Assembly (NCBI GenBank): GCA_964440905.1
Contig: CAYTTU010000246.1
Coordinates: forward strand, 1-35,422
Reading direction: 5' to 3'
DNA length: 35,422 nt
Origin: an uncultured Acidimicrobiia bacterium
GTDB lineage: Bacteria > Actinomycetota > Acidimicrobiia > Spongiisociales > UBA11373
A model generated the notes under the pieces. That model saw nothing but the letters and a program-made list of their open reading frames with translations. It had not been told where the DNA came from and made no database searches. How positions within the stretch are numbered: the stretch's first letter is position 1; each line of letters begins with the position of its first letter. The position numbers and the translations under genes were made by a program. Below are positions 15,154 to 23,982 of the stretch, piece by piece.

Positions 15154-16514
15154 CCGCCGCCGACAGCGCCCGGCGGACCCGTGCCGGCGATCCGTGTCGG
15201 ACCCGCATCGCCGCGGCGCTGGACCTGATCGCCGCCGACCGGCTCAACGCCTTCACGTCGACCGACGCCGGGGCCCCGGACCGAGCGGCCGAGATCGATG
15301 CCCTGGTCGGAGCCGGGATCGACCCGGGACCCCTCGCCGGAGTGCCCATCGCCCTCAAGGACATCGTCGATCACGCTGGCCGCGTGACCACGGCCGGCTC
15401 GTCGTTCTACCGCCATCGGGCGGAGCGATCCGCCCCGGTGGTCGATCGCCTCGAGGCTGCCGGCGCGGTGGTGGTCGGACGCACCGGTTTGCACGAATTC
15501 GCCCTGGGGTTCTCCTCGGAGAACGACTGGTTCGGCCCGGTGCGCAACCCATGGGACCCGCTGACCTCGCCCGGCGGCTCATCGGGCGGCTCGGCGGCGG
15601 CAGTGGCGGCTGGCATCGTGCCGATTGCGGTGGGCACCGACACCGGGGGGTCGATCCGCGTCCCGGCGGCATTGTGCGGGTGCGTCGGCCTGAAACCCAC
15701 CCACGGGCGAGTGCCTCTCACCGGGGTGTTCCCGCTCGCCCCATCCCGAGACACGGTGGGCCCGATCGCCACAACGGTCGAGGACGCCGCCACCGCATAC
15801 GCGGCGATGGCAGGCGACGATCCCGACGATCCGTGGTCGCGGCCGATGCCGGTGCGCACCGCAAGCGGGCCGGCCCCCCTTGCCGGAGTTCGCATCGGCA
15901 TCCCCCATCCCTGGGTCGACCGTCCGCTCGCGGCCGCGGTCGCCGCCGCCTGGGAGCGGGTGCTCCGGGCACTCACCGCGACCGGGGCGGTCGTCGTCGA
16001 CCTCGACGCTCCGAACCTCGACCCGAAAAGCATGCCGCGCGCCGTGTACGCCGAGGCCGGGGCGGTCCATCGGGAGTGGTACCAGGAGGATCCGGCGCGA
16101 TACGGCCCGGCGATCCGGGACCGGCTCGCCCTGGACATGAATCACGGCGCCGATGCGGTCCTCGCCGCGGTGGCCTGGCGCCAGCGGCTCATCGGCGGGT
16201 TCGAGCGGCAGTTGGGTCAGGTCGATCTCCTGCTCACGCCGACCACACCCACCCGGCGCAAGGAGATCGGCGTCGACCTGGTCGAAGCGGGTTCAGCACC
16301 GGAACCCCATCGCCAGGCCCTGTCGTGGTTCACCAACCTCGTCAACCAGGCGGGTCTGCCCGCGCTGGCGCTGCCCCTGGCAGGGACCGCCGTCGACGGA
16401 CCGCCGGTGTCGATCCAACTGATCGGGCCGGCATGGGGGGAACAGAGGATCCTCGAAATCGGTTGGGGTATGGAGAAGGAGGGCCTGGTCGGACACCAGA
16501 GCCCGCCACGGTGA
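15150..16514 (+). CDS. amidase (amidase-signature family, GatA-like)
   Basis: GTG at 15150 overlaps the upstream stop (GTGA). 454 aa. The AS motif is GGSSGGSAAAVAAGIVPIAVGTDTGGSIRVPAALCG, with an upstream PIALKD lysine. Confidence 0.85.
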   Translation: MTAADSARRTRAGDPCRTRIAAALDLIAADRLNAFTSTDAGAPDRAAEIDALVGAGIDPGPLAGVPIALKDIVDHAGRVTTAGSSFYRHRAERSAPVVDRLEAAGAVVVGRTGLHEFALGFSSENDWFGPVRNPWDPLTSPGGSSGGSAAAVAAGIVPIAVGTDTGGSIRVPAALCGCVGLKPTHGRVPLTGVFPLAPSRDTVGPIATTVEDAATAYAAMAGDDPDDPWSRPMPVRTASGPAPLAGVRIGIPHPWVDRPLAAAVAAAWERVLRALTATGAVVVDLDAPNLDPKSMPRAVYAEAGAVHREWYQEDPARYGPAIRDRLALDMNHGADAVLAAVAWRQRLIGGFERQLGQVDLLLTPTTPTRRKEIGVDLVEAGSAPEPHRQALSWFTNLVNQAGLPALALPLAGTAVDGPPVSIQLIGPAWGEQRILEIGWGMEKEGLVGHQSPPR

Positions 16515-16539
16515 ACCGCTGCGGCGGGACCCGTACAAT
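16512..16539 (+). promoter_or_regulatory. candidate promoter for korAB (TGAACC-16 nt-TACAAT)
   Basis: Hexamers read directly from the sequence, about 90 nt upstream of the korA GTG. An AAGGAG Shine-Dalgarno lies at 16614-16619. Confidence 0.3.
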
Positions 16540-16628
16540 GCGAGACGTTCGTCTCCGAACCCAGGGTCCCCGGGACTCCGAGCGGCGGCGATCGATTCTC
16601 ATTCAAAGCCCGCAAGGAGTGATGGAGC

Positions 16629-18491
16629 GTGTCGGAAGCGCCCACGATCGACAATACCGAGGCCGAGCAGATTCACACCGTTGCGATCCGCTTCGCCGGT
16701 GACTCCGGTGACGGCATGCAGCTCGCCGGAGCACGCTTCACCGATGCCTCGGCGATCTTCGGCAACGACCTGAGCACGTTCGCCAATTTCCCTGCCGAGA
16801 TCCGCGCCCCGGCCGGCACCCTCCCCGGTGTGTCGTCGTTCCAGGTCCACATCGCCGACCGCGACATTCTGACCCCCGGCGACCAGCCCGACGTGCTGGT
16901 CGCCATGAACCCGGCGGCGCTCAAGGCCAACCTGTCCGACCTTGCCCCCGCCGGGATCCTGATCGTCAACACGGACGCCTTCGACGAGCGCAACCTCGCC
17001 AAGGCCGGCTATGCCACCAATCCCGTCGAGGATGGATCGCTCGACGCCTACCGAGTGCTCAAGGTCCCGATGGAGGACCTCACCAAGCGAGCCCTCGAAG
17101 GGTCGGGGGTCAAGGGCCGCGATGCCCTGCGCTCGAAGAACTTCTTCGCCGTGGGACTGATGACCTGGATGTTCAACCGTCCGCTGGATCCCACGCTGGA
17201 GTGGATCGCGTCGAAGTTCTCCAAGGAGCCTGACATCAAGGCAGCCAACGAGCTCGCCTTCCGCGCCGGATACAACCTGGGCGAGACCACCGAGATGTTC
17301 CGCCACACCTATCGGGTCGAGCCGGCCCGGCTCCCCGCCGGGACATACACCAACGTCACCGGGAATCAGGCGCTCGCCTGGGGGATCATCGCCGCGGGCC
17401 AGGCCGCCCGCCTTCCGGTGTTCTACGCCTCATACCCGATCACTCCGGCCTCGGACATCCTCCACGAGCTGGCGCGTCACCGCAACTTCGGGGTGCGCAC
17501 CTTCCAGGCCGAGGACGAGATCGCCGCGGTGGGAGCGGCATTGGGCGCGGCGTTTGCCGGCCACTTCGCCATCACCGGCACCTCCGGACCCGGCCTCGCT
17601 CTGAAGAGCGAGACCATGAGCCTGGGGCTGATGACCGAACTGCCGCTGCTCGTGATCGACGTGCAACGCGGCGGACCTTCCACCGGCCTGCCCACCAAGA
17701 CCGAGCAGGCAGACCTGCTCATGGCGATGTACGGACGCCACGGCGAGTCGCCGCTGCCGATCGTCGCCATCTCGAACCCGTCCGACGCCTTCGGGGCCAC
17801 CATCGAGGCGGCTCGGATCGCCCTCAAGTACATGACCCCCGTGATCCTGCTCTCCGACGGTTACATCGGCACCAGCACCGAGCCATGGCGGCTCCCCGAC
17901 CTGGCCGAGCTTCCCGACATCTCGGTGCCCTTCGCCGTCGCCCCCAACGGGCCCGACGCCACCTTCCTCCCCTACCTGCGCGATGAAAAGACCCTGGCTC
18001 GGCCCTGGGCCGTCCCCGGCACCCCGGGGCTCGAGCACCGCATCGGTGGCCTCGAGAAGGAGAACGTGTCGGGCAACATCTCGTACGCGCCCGACAACCA
18101 CGAGCGCATGACGCAGCTGCGCGAGTCCAAGATCCGCGGGATCGCCGCCGATATCCCCCAGGTGACCGTCGACGCCGACGAAGGCGCCAAGGTCCTGGTG
18201 CTCGGATGGGGTTCCTCGTACGGAGCGATCCTGGCCGGGGTTCGCCGGGTACGTGCCCAAGGCAAGAAGGTCGCCCGGATCCACCTCCGCCACCTCAACC
18301 CGTTCCCGGCCAACCTCGGCGATGCCCTGCGCGGCTTCGACCGCGTGCTGGTCCCCGAACTCAACCGGGGTCAGTTGGTGAAATTGGTGCGCGCCGAGTT
18401 CCTGGTGGACGCGGTCAGCTACCCCAAAGTGGAAGGCCAGCCCTTCAAGGCGTCGGAGATCGAGGCCAAGCTATTGGAGATGATCGGATGA
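16629..18491 (+). CDS. korA: 2-oxoglutarate/2-oxoacid:ferredoxin oxidoreductase, alpha subunit
   Basis: 620 aa. AIRFAGDSGDGMQLAG, FANFPAEIRAP and SYPITPASDILHEL are typical of actinobacterial KorA. Confidence 0.9.
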   Translation: MSEAPTIDNTEAEQIHTVAIRFAGDSGDGMQLAGARFTDASAIFGNDLSTFANFPAEIRAPAGTLPGVSSFQVHIADRDILTPGDQPDVLVAMNPAALKANLSDLAPAGILIVNTDAFDERNLAKAGYATNPVEDGSLDAYRVLKVPMEDLTKRALEGSGVKGRDALRSKNFFAVGLMTWMFNRPLDPTLEWIASKFSKEPDIKAANELAFRAGYNLGETTEMFRHTYRVEPARLPAGTYTNVTGNQALAWGIIAAGQAARLPVFYASYPITPASDILHELARHRNFGVRTFQAEDEIAAVGAALGAAFAGHFAITGTSGPGLALKSETMSLGLMTELPLLVIDVQRGGPSTGLPTKTEQADLLMAMYGRHGESPLPIVAISNPSDAFGATIEAARIALKYMTPVILLSDGYIGTSTEPWRLPDLAELPDISVPFAVAPNGPDATFLPYLRDEKTLARPWAVPGTPGLEHRIGGLEKENVSGNISYAPDNHERMTQLRESKIRGIAADIPQVTVDADEGAKVLVLGWGSSYGAILAGVRRVRAQGKKVARIHLRHLNPFPANLGDALRGFDRVLVPELNRGQLVKLVRAEFLVDAVSYPKVEGQPFKASEIEAKLLEMIG

Positions 18492-19534
18492 CCACAGAAG
18501 CCCGCTACACCCGCGCCGACTTCCAGACGGACCAGGAGGTTCGGTGGTGCCCCGGGTGCGGCGATTACACGATCCTCGCCTCGGTGCAGAGTTTCATGGC
18601 CGAGATGGGGGTGGACAAGGAGAAGATCGTCTTCGTGTCGGGGATCGGGTGTGCCTCGCGGTTCCCCTACTACATGAATACCTATGGGCTTCACGCCATC
18701 CACGGCCGCGCCCCCGCAATCGCCTCGGGGCTGGCGGTGGCTCGCCCCGAGCTGTCGGTGTGGGTGGTCGCCGGCGACGGCGACGCCATGTCCATCGGCG
18801 GAAACCATCTGATCCACGCGCTGCGCCGCAACATCAATCTCAAGATCCTGGTGTTCAACAACCAGATCTATGGCCTCACCAAGGGCCAGTACTCCCCCAC
18901 CTCCGAAGTGGGAAAGCGCACCAAGTCGAGTCCCTTGGGCTCGATCGACTTTCCGTTCAACCCGGTGAGCCTGGCACTAGGAGCAGAGGCGACCTTCGTT
19001 GCCCGCACCGTGGACATGGACCGGGCGCACACCACCGAGATCCTCAAGCAGGCCCATGCCCACCGCGGTACCGCTTTCGTGGAGATCTATCAGAACTGCA
19101 ACGTGTTCAACGACAAGGCGTTCATCGCACTCACCGGCAAGGAGGTGCGGGACCACAACCGCATCAATCTGGTCCACGGCGAAAAGGTCCTGTTCGGGCC
19201 GGAGCGGGAGCGCGGGGTCATCATCGAGGGTGGGACGGCCCGCATCGTCGACGTCGCCGAGGTTGGGCTCGATGCCATCCACACCCACGATGCCACCGCC
19301 GCCAGCGCCGGTCCGGCGTACGCCCTGAGCCGCCTCAGTCACGGCCCGGTCGGCCCCACCCCGGTCGGAGTGTTCCGTTCCGTCGATCGCCCGGTGTACG
19401 AGGAGACCCTGCAGCAGCAGATCCACGATGCCCAGGCCAAGCGCGGCCCTGGCGACCTCGCTGCCCTGATCGCCTCCGCCGGCACCTGGACGGTCGAGGC
19501 CGGTGGCGAGCCCGAGCTGCCCAGTCATAGCTAG
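18488..19534 (+). CDS. korB: 2-oxoglutarate/2-oxoacid:ferredoxin oxidoreductase, beta subunit
   Basis: ATG at 18488 overlaps the korA stop (ATGA). 348 aa with WCPGCGDY and the TPP-binding segment GDGDAMSIGGNHLIHALRRN. Confidence 0.9.
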   Translation: MTTEARYTRADFQTDQEVRWCPGCGDYTILASVQSFMAEMGVDKEKIVFVSGIGCASRFPYYMNTYGLHAIHGRAPAIASGLAVARPELSVWVVAGDGDAMSIGGNHLIHALRRNINLKILVFNNQIYGLTKGQYSPTSEVGKRTKSSPLGSIDFPFNPVSLALGAEATFVARTVDMDRAHTTEILKQAHAHRGTAFVEIYQNCNVFNDKAFIALTGKEVRDHNRINLVHGEKVLFGPERERGVIIEGGTARIVDVAEVGLDAIHTHDATAASAGPAYALSRLSHGPVGPTPVGVFRSVDRPVYEETLQQQIHDAQAKRGPGDLAALIASAGTWTVEAGGEPELPSHS

Positions 19535-19564
19535 GAAGCTGACAGCTGACAGCTAGAGACTGAG
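19529..19564. repeat. tandem heptamer array: AGCTAGG(A) AGCTGAC AGCTGAC AGCTAGA GACTGAG
   Basis: Read directly from the sequence. The first unit contains the korB TAG stop. Confidence 0.8.
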
Positions 19565-19570
19565 ACCGCC

Positions 19571-19720
19571 ATGGCCCACGTTCGTCACCTCAAGTACGAC
19601 GGCACCCTGAGCTGGCACTTCAGCATGAGGTGCTTCGGTGGGGACAACCGCCGCGGCGACCTCGGGGTCTCGTATCTGGAGCGAGCCCTCACCCTCCCTG
19701 CCCGGGCGCGGCGGCGCTGA
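19571..19720 (+). CDS. small ORF (49 aa), possible gene fragment
   Basis: ATG at 19571. Translates to MAHVRHLKYDGTLSWHFSMRCFGGDNRRGDLGVSYLERALTLPARARRR. Its stop overlaps the next ATG (TGATG). It is below the ORF-track size cut-off, and coding status is unproven. Confidence 0.25.
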   Translation: MAHVRHLKYDGTLSWHFSMRCFGGDNRRGDLGVSYLERALTLPARARRR

Positions 19721-20397
19721 TGTTCGCCGTCTCGGTGGCCACCAGTGTGCTCGCCGCATTGTTCGCCACCGATCTGCTGCGGCGCTGGGTGCGGCGCCGC
19801 GAGCGGCGCCACCTGCTGTGGTGGGGGGCCGGTGTGGTCGCCTACGGGTTGGGGACGCTGGCGGCGGCCGTCGTCGAGCGGTCCGGGTGGACCCCGGGCT
19901 GGTTCCGCACCTGGTACGTCGCCGGGGCGATCCTGGGTGGGGCGCTGCTCGCCACCGGAACGGCGCACCTGCTGCATCGTCCTGCAACGGCGAGCCGTAT
20001 CGGGCAGTCGGTGATCGTTCTCGCCGTCGGAGCCACCGCGGCCCTCGCCCTCGCTCCGATCGCCCCGCTGCCCTCGGGTGATCTCGCCGGGGACTCGATC
20101 GCCTGGGGATGGGTGCGCGCCTTTACTCCGGTGCTCAACACCTATGCCGTGGTGTACCTGGTGGGCGGTGCGGTGCGATCGGCAATGCGCCACACCGACC
20201 GCCGCCGAGTCGCCGGAAACGTGTTGATCGCCCTGGGCGGCCTCACCCCCGCCTTCGGAGGTGTGGCCTCCCGCCTCGGTGGTGCCGATGCCTTGCCCCC
20301 CACCCTGCTGGCCGGGCTGGTGCTGATCTGGACGGGAGCGGTGCTGGCGGGCGGGCAGAAGGTACGAACGCAGGAGGATCGGGGCTCGGGGCTATGA
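19720..20397 (+). CDS. hypothetical multi-pass membrane protein
   Basis: Internal ATG at 19720 gives 225 aa beginning MFAVSVATSVLAALFATDLL, with about 6 hydrophobic helices. No family recognised. Confidence 0.6.
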   Translation: MFAVSVATSVLAALFATDLLRRWVRRRERRHLLWWGAGVVAYGLGTLAAAVVERSGWTPGWFRTWYVAGAILGGALLATGTAHLLHRPATASRIGQSVIVLAVGATAALALAPIAPLPSGDLAGDSIAWGWVRAFTPVLNTYAVVYLVGGAVRSAMRHTDRRRVAGNVLIALGGLTPAFGGVASRLGGADALPPTLLAGLVLIWTGAVLAGGQKVRTQEDRGSGL

Positions 20398-20418
20398 ACG
20401 ATGAGCGACGAGCGATGA
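20391..20418. repeat. tandem heptamer array: GCTATGA ACGATGA GCGACGA GCGATGA
   Basis: Read directly from the sequence. The first unit contains the TGA stop of the membrane protein gene. Confidence 0.8.
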
Positions 20419-20439
20419 GACCGGAGAGCTGGATCGGCT

Positions 20440-20467
20440 TCGCCCATCGCCCATCGCCCATCGCCGC
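20440..20467. repeat. tandem heptamer array: 3 x TCGCCCA + TCGCCGC
   Basis: Read directly from the sequence. Confidence 0.85.
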
Positions 20468-20475
20468 ACCCTCAA

Positions 20476-20517
20476 GGCCAATAGCCAATAGCCAATAGCC
20501 AATAGCCAATAGCGGAG
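20476..20517. repeat. tandem heptamer array: GGCCAAT + 4 x AGCCAAT + AGCGGAG
   Basis: Read directly from the sequence. It ends 20 nt before the convergent methyltransferase stop. Confidence 0.9.
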
Positions 20518-20536
20518 GCCACCGCAGGCGGCCGAC

Positions 20537-21361
20537 CTATTTCTTCCACCACACCGTCACCACGTCGCGCTCCAGAGGCCCGAGCACCAGCCAGCCATCG
20601 TCGGTGCGGCGGATGTCCTTCTCCAGCAGGGCGGCGGCCTCCATGGAGCGGATCGGGGGTACCAGCAGCCGGCGCCGATAGAAGGTGAGGAGCTCCTGGA
20701 GATCGGCGAACCGCAGACCCGTCGGGGCCGACCAGTGTTCCACGCCAGGATCCCGTCCCGTCACCTCCCTCACCGCCAGGACGAAGTCGTCGACGGTGGG
20801 TCGTGACGGGCGATCCAGCGCGTGGAGCGAGCGGAAGTAGCGCGACAGCGGGGTCCAGGGATGGCGCGGGGTCATCTCGACGACTACGCCGCGACGGGCC
20901 CGATCGTGCATCGCCTCAAGAAAGCCACCGATGGCGGGAATGTCGTACACGACGTGGGTCGAAAGCGTCACATCGTGCACTCCGGTGTTTCCGGCAACCA
21001 CCGGCCACGCTCCCACGATCGTGGTGATGGTCGCCCCGGCCAGTAAGGCGTCGGCGGACAGGGAGCGTGCCGTCTCGGGGTCACGCTCCACTGCGGTGAC
21101 GCGATGCCCATGCGTGGCGAGTGGTACGGCGAGCCGGCTGGCGCCCGCCCCCAGATCGAGGACGCTGCCGCCCTGGCTGAGGTCGGTCACGATCCGAAAG
21201 GTCGGCGTGTCCTCGATGCCGGAGACCTCGAACCGCCGCATCCGCTCCCGAAACTCAGGCTGCCAGCGCTGGGGATCGACCCCCACGGCGTCGATGAGCC
21301 GCTGCGGAATCGCCCAGCCCTCCAGCATCGTGCGCCACGCCTCACGGGCTGCCGTCTCCAT
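20537..21361 (-). CDS. class I SAM-dependent methyltransferase
   Basis: Internal ATG at 21361 gives 274 aa. It has the VLDLGAGASRLAVPLA glycine-rich SAM motif. The longer 394-aa form has a low-complexity Ala/Ser extension. Confidence 0.78.
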   Translation of the reverse strand: METAAREAWRTMLEGWAIPQRLIDAVGVDPQRWQPEFRERMRRFEVSGIEDTPTFRIVTDLSQGGSVLDLGAGASRLAVPLATHGHRVTAVERDPETARSLSADALLAGATITTIVGAWPVVAGNTGVHDVTLSTHVVYDIPAIGGFLEAMHDRARRGVVVEMTPRHPWTPLSRYFRSLHALDRPSRPTVDDFVLAVREVTGRDPGVEHWSAPTGLRFADLQELLTFYRRRLLVPPIRSMEAAALLEKDIRRTDDGWLVLGPLERDVVTVWWKK

Positions 21362-21470
21362 GGAAGGAATGGTAAGGGGTGATCGAATCGCCTCGCCCCG
21401 GGATCTGGCACCTATTCGCTCATCCCTAGAGGGTGGGAAACCCCTGCCCGCCGGAGGGCGTCCAACAGGT

Positions 21471-21968
21471 GTGCCCATTCGTGCCGTCTGCGTGGCTGCC
21501 CTGCTGCTGACCGCCTGCGTCACCGAGCCCGCGGCGGATCCCGCCGTACCAGAGTCGAGTGGGACGGTCGAGGTGCTGGTGGACGGGATCCGCTGGGACA
21601 TCCCCCCGGCCGCCTGCCTGGCGGCCACGGACCAAGAGGCCATCGCCGCCGCTGCCGACCACGCCGCCGGTGAGGTGAAGGCCCTGGTGGCCAATCGGGC
21701 CACCGGTTGGCCCACCACCACGAGGGCACTGCCCGGCGAGGAGGCGGCCTTCTACGCGGCCATCAATAGGGCGGGACCAGTTGCCCTCGCCCTGGCCGTG
21801 CTGGCCGGAACCGTCGATGCGATCACCGTCGGCTGGGACGAGTTCGAGGCCGGATATGCCTCGATGCCGGACTCACCGGGGCCAGTGAGTGTGATCTCCG
21901 ACCGGGTGACCGGCTGGATGACCATGGCGAACGGCATCGCCGCAGCCGTCCCCGGAGTGTGCGGCTGA
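21471..21968 (+). CDS. hypothetical lipoprotein
   Basis: GTG at 21471 lies about 12 nt after GGAGGG. VPIRAVCVAALLLTAC is a signal peptide with lipobox. 165 aa with no domain recognised. Confidence 0.55.
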   Translation: MPIRAVCVAALLLTACVTEPAADPAVPESSGTVEVLVDGIRWDIPPAACLAATDQEAIAAAADHAAGEVKALVANRATGWPTTTRALPGEEAAFYAAINRAGPVALALAVLAGTVDAITVGWDEFEAGYASMPDSPGPVSVISDRVTGWMTMANGIAAAVPGVCG

Positions 21969-21983
21969 GAGCATCGCGCCGGC

Positions 21984-22814
21984 TCAGGGGCGTAAGGCCC
22001 CAATCGGGTCGACCACGCCGGGATCCCCCCACGCCCGTACGAAGACCTCCTCGCCGAGGAACGGGCCGATCTCATCGTCCGACATCGCTCTGATCCAGGA
22101 CTCGGAGGCGAATTGGGTGTCATGGCACAGGAGGGCGCGACGCTTGCGTTCCAATAGCCGGGTGACGTCCCTCCGCACCGAGAGGAACACTGCAGGGAAC
22201 CCGGTGGGGACGTCTTCGTCCTCGATGGTCATTCCGTCCTCACCCCGCATCGCCCGGCGCACTCCGGCGGCGCGTTCCCGGGACCACGACGCCCACAGCA
22301 GCGACCCGATCCGCCAGGGTTCGCCGTACTCGGCGCGGGGAAATCGCCCGTTGTCGGCGGCGCCGAAGAAGGCCGCGGTGCCCACGCGGTGCACCTGGAT
22401 GTGGTCGGGGTGGCCGTAACCGCCGAAGGGGTCATAGGCCGTCATCACCTCGGGACGCACCTCTCTGATGATGCGCACCAACCTCCCAGTCGCTTCCATG
22501 AAGTCGGCGCTCCAGAAGGACTCGGCGACGTCGTTGTGGTCGGTTCCCATCATCCCCGAGTCGCGGTAGTCGAGGTAGCGCAGGTCGGACACCCCGAGAA
22601 CTTCGAGCGCGGCGCGCTCCTCCGTTTCCCGGATCTCACCGAGACGGTGGCGAACGGCGTCGGCGTCCGTGCGGTTGTGGATCTCGCCCGCCTCCCCCCT
22701 GGTGGCGGTGACGATCGTGACCGGCACGCCCCGATCCGCCAACTCGGCGAGGGTGCCGCCCATCGTGATCGACTCGTCGTCGGGGTGGGCGTGGAAGCTG
22801 AGAAGTCCGGGCAC
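21984..22814 (-). CDS. PIG-L/LmbE family deacetylase (MshB/Mca-like)
   Basis: Contains the HAHPDDE motif, TRGEAGE and HPDHIQVH. The GTG at 22814 gives VPGLLSFHAHPDDE, a typical short N-terminus. The start is uncertain because the longer ORF reaches 22937. Confidence 0.78.
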   Translation of the reverse strand: MPGLLSFHAHPDDESITMGGTLAELADRGVPVTIVTATRGEAGEIHNRTDADAVRHRLGEIRETEERAALEVLGVSDLRYLDYRDSGMMGTDHNDVAESFWSADFMEATGRLVRIIREVRPEVMTAYDPFGGYGHPDHIQVHRVGTAAFFGAADNGRFPRAEYGEPWRIGSLLWASWSRERAAGVRRAMRGEDGMTIEDEDVPTGFPAVFLSVRRDVTRLLERKRRALLCHDTQFASESWIRAMSDDEIGPFLGEEVFVRAWGDPGVVDPIGALRP

Positions 22815-22867
22815 GGCGGGAAACTCTACCGGGATGGACGGTCCTCCCCTCCTACGCTCTCCGCCAA

Positions 22868-23878
22868 GTGTCCAGCGTCCGGGTTCTCGTGGTGATCGCC
22901 TTGGCCGTGGCCGCTGCCGTAGTGAGACCCGCGCCATCGGCGGCAGACTCCTCGGCCGATCGATCCGCGCCGCCGAGGGAGCGAATCGTGATCCACGGCG
23001 TCGGTGACATCCTGCTCTGCCATTGTTTTCACCGGGCCTTTGTCAGCGGAGGTTACGAACTCGCCTTCTCCGGCATGCACGGCCTGTTCACCCGCGACGC
23101 CCTCACCGTCGGGAATCTGGAGTGCGCTCCCGGCAACGGGGGACGAATGCTCGACGACAAGCCGTTTGCCATGCGCTGCGACACCGGCGCGTACCCGGTG
23201 ATGGCCTCCGCAGGATTGGATGTGGTGAGCCTGGCCAACAACCACACCGGCGATGCGGGCATGCGGGCCCTCTTGCGAGGAATGGTCGAGCTCGTCGATG
23301 CAGGAGTCACAACGGTGGGAGCCGGGAGTCACCGCGCCGAGGCGATCCGGCCCGCGGTGTTCGTGCGCGGGGGGTGGAGCATCGCCGTGGTCGGTTTCAC
23401 CGCGGTGGGCGGGGGACAGGGCTGGGGTGCCGGACTCCCCCGGGATCCGGGGACGGCGTGGGCGGATCCGGCGGTGATGGAGCGGGTGGTGCACTCGCTC
23501 GACCAGGTGTTCGACGTGGTCATCGTCACGATCCACCAGGGGGCGGGCAACTACGGGCCCACCCCCACGGCGCGCGAGGTCGCCACCGGCCACGCCCTCA
23601 TCGACGCCGGGGCCGATGTGGTGATGGCACACCACCACCACCGCGTCCTGCCCATGGAGATCTATCGGGATCGGCCCATCTTCTGGGGCCTGGGCAACTT
23701 CGTCTGGTCCCGATACGGAGACCACCGTGATGAGTCAGGGATAGCTGAGATCGTGGTGGAGGAGGACGGTTCCATCACAGGACGGCTGATACCTGCTTCT
23801 ATCGTGTCGCACGGACATCCGGTCTTGCGGGGCCAGCCGGATCCGGAGATGCGATGGCAGCCTCCCCCGTTCCACTGA
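22868..23878 (+). CDS. CapA-family protein (PGA_cap metallophosphatase-like), secreted
   Basis: 336 aa. N-terminal signal peptide, then GDILL, GNLE, VVSLANNHTGD and IHQG motifs typical of the CapA family. Confidence 0.78.
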   Translation: MSSVRVLVVIALAVAAAVVRPAPSAADSSADRSAPPRERIVIHGVGDILLCHCFHRAFVSGGYELAFSGMHGLFTRDALTVGNLECAPGNGGRMLDDKPFAMRCDTGAYPVMASAGLDVVSLANNHTGDAGMRALLRGMVELVDAGVTTVGAGSHRAEAIRPAVFVRGGWSIAVVGFTAVGGGQGWGAGLPRDPGTAWADPAVMERVVHSLDQVFDVVIVTIHQGAGNYGPTPTAREVATGHALIDAGADVVMAHHHHRVLPMEIYRDRPIFWGLGNFVWSRYGDHRDESGIAEIVVEEDGSITGRLIPASIVSHGHPVLRGQPDPEMRWQPPPFH

Positions 23879-23982
23879 GGTTCCCGGGGTGGGACGCCGA
23901 TGTCTCACAAAATGGGGCACCCGCTACGGTGCCTCCCCGTAGATAGATCCGTGACACCGAACCGCGCGGAGGGCCGAAGACC

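Noticed and set aside
23879-23982. Possible riboswitch (for example the cyclic-di-AMP ydaO type) upstream of the M23 peptidase. The same question was considered for the region upstream of the BON-LysM gene at 10709-10792.
   Set aside because: The spacers are only about 85-105 nt, and I could not recognise the conserved pseudo-symmetric motif. Only a short imperfect hairpin (GGGGCACC...GGTGCCTCCCC) is present. Evidence is insufficient without a covariance-model scan.
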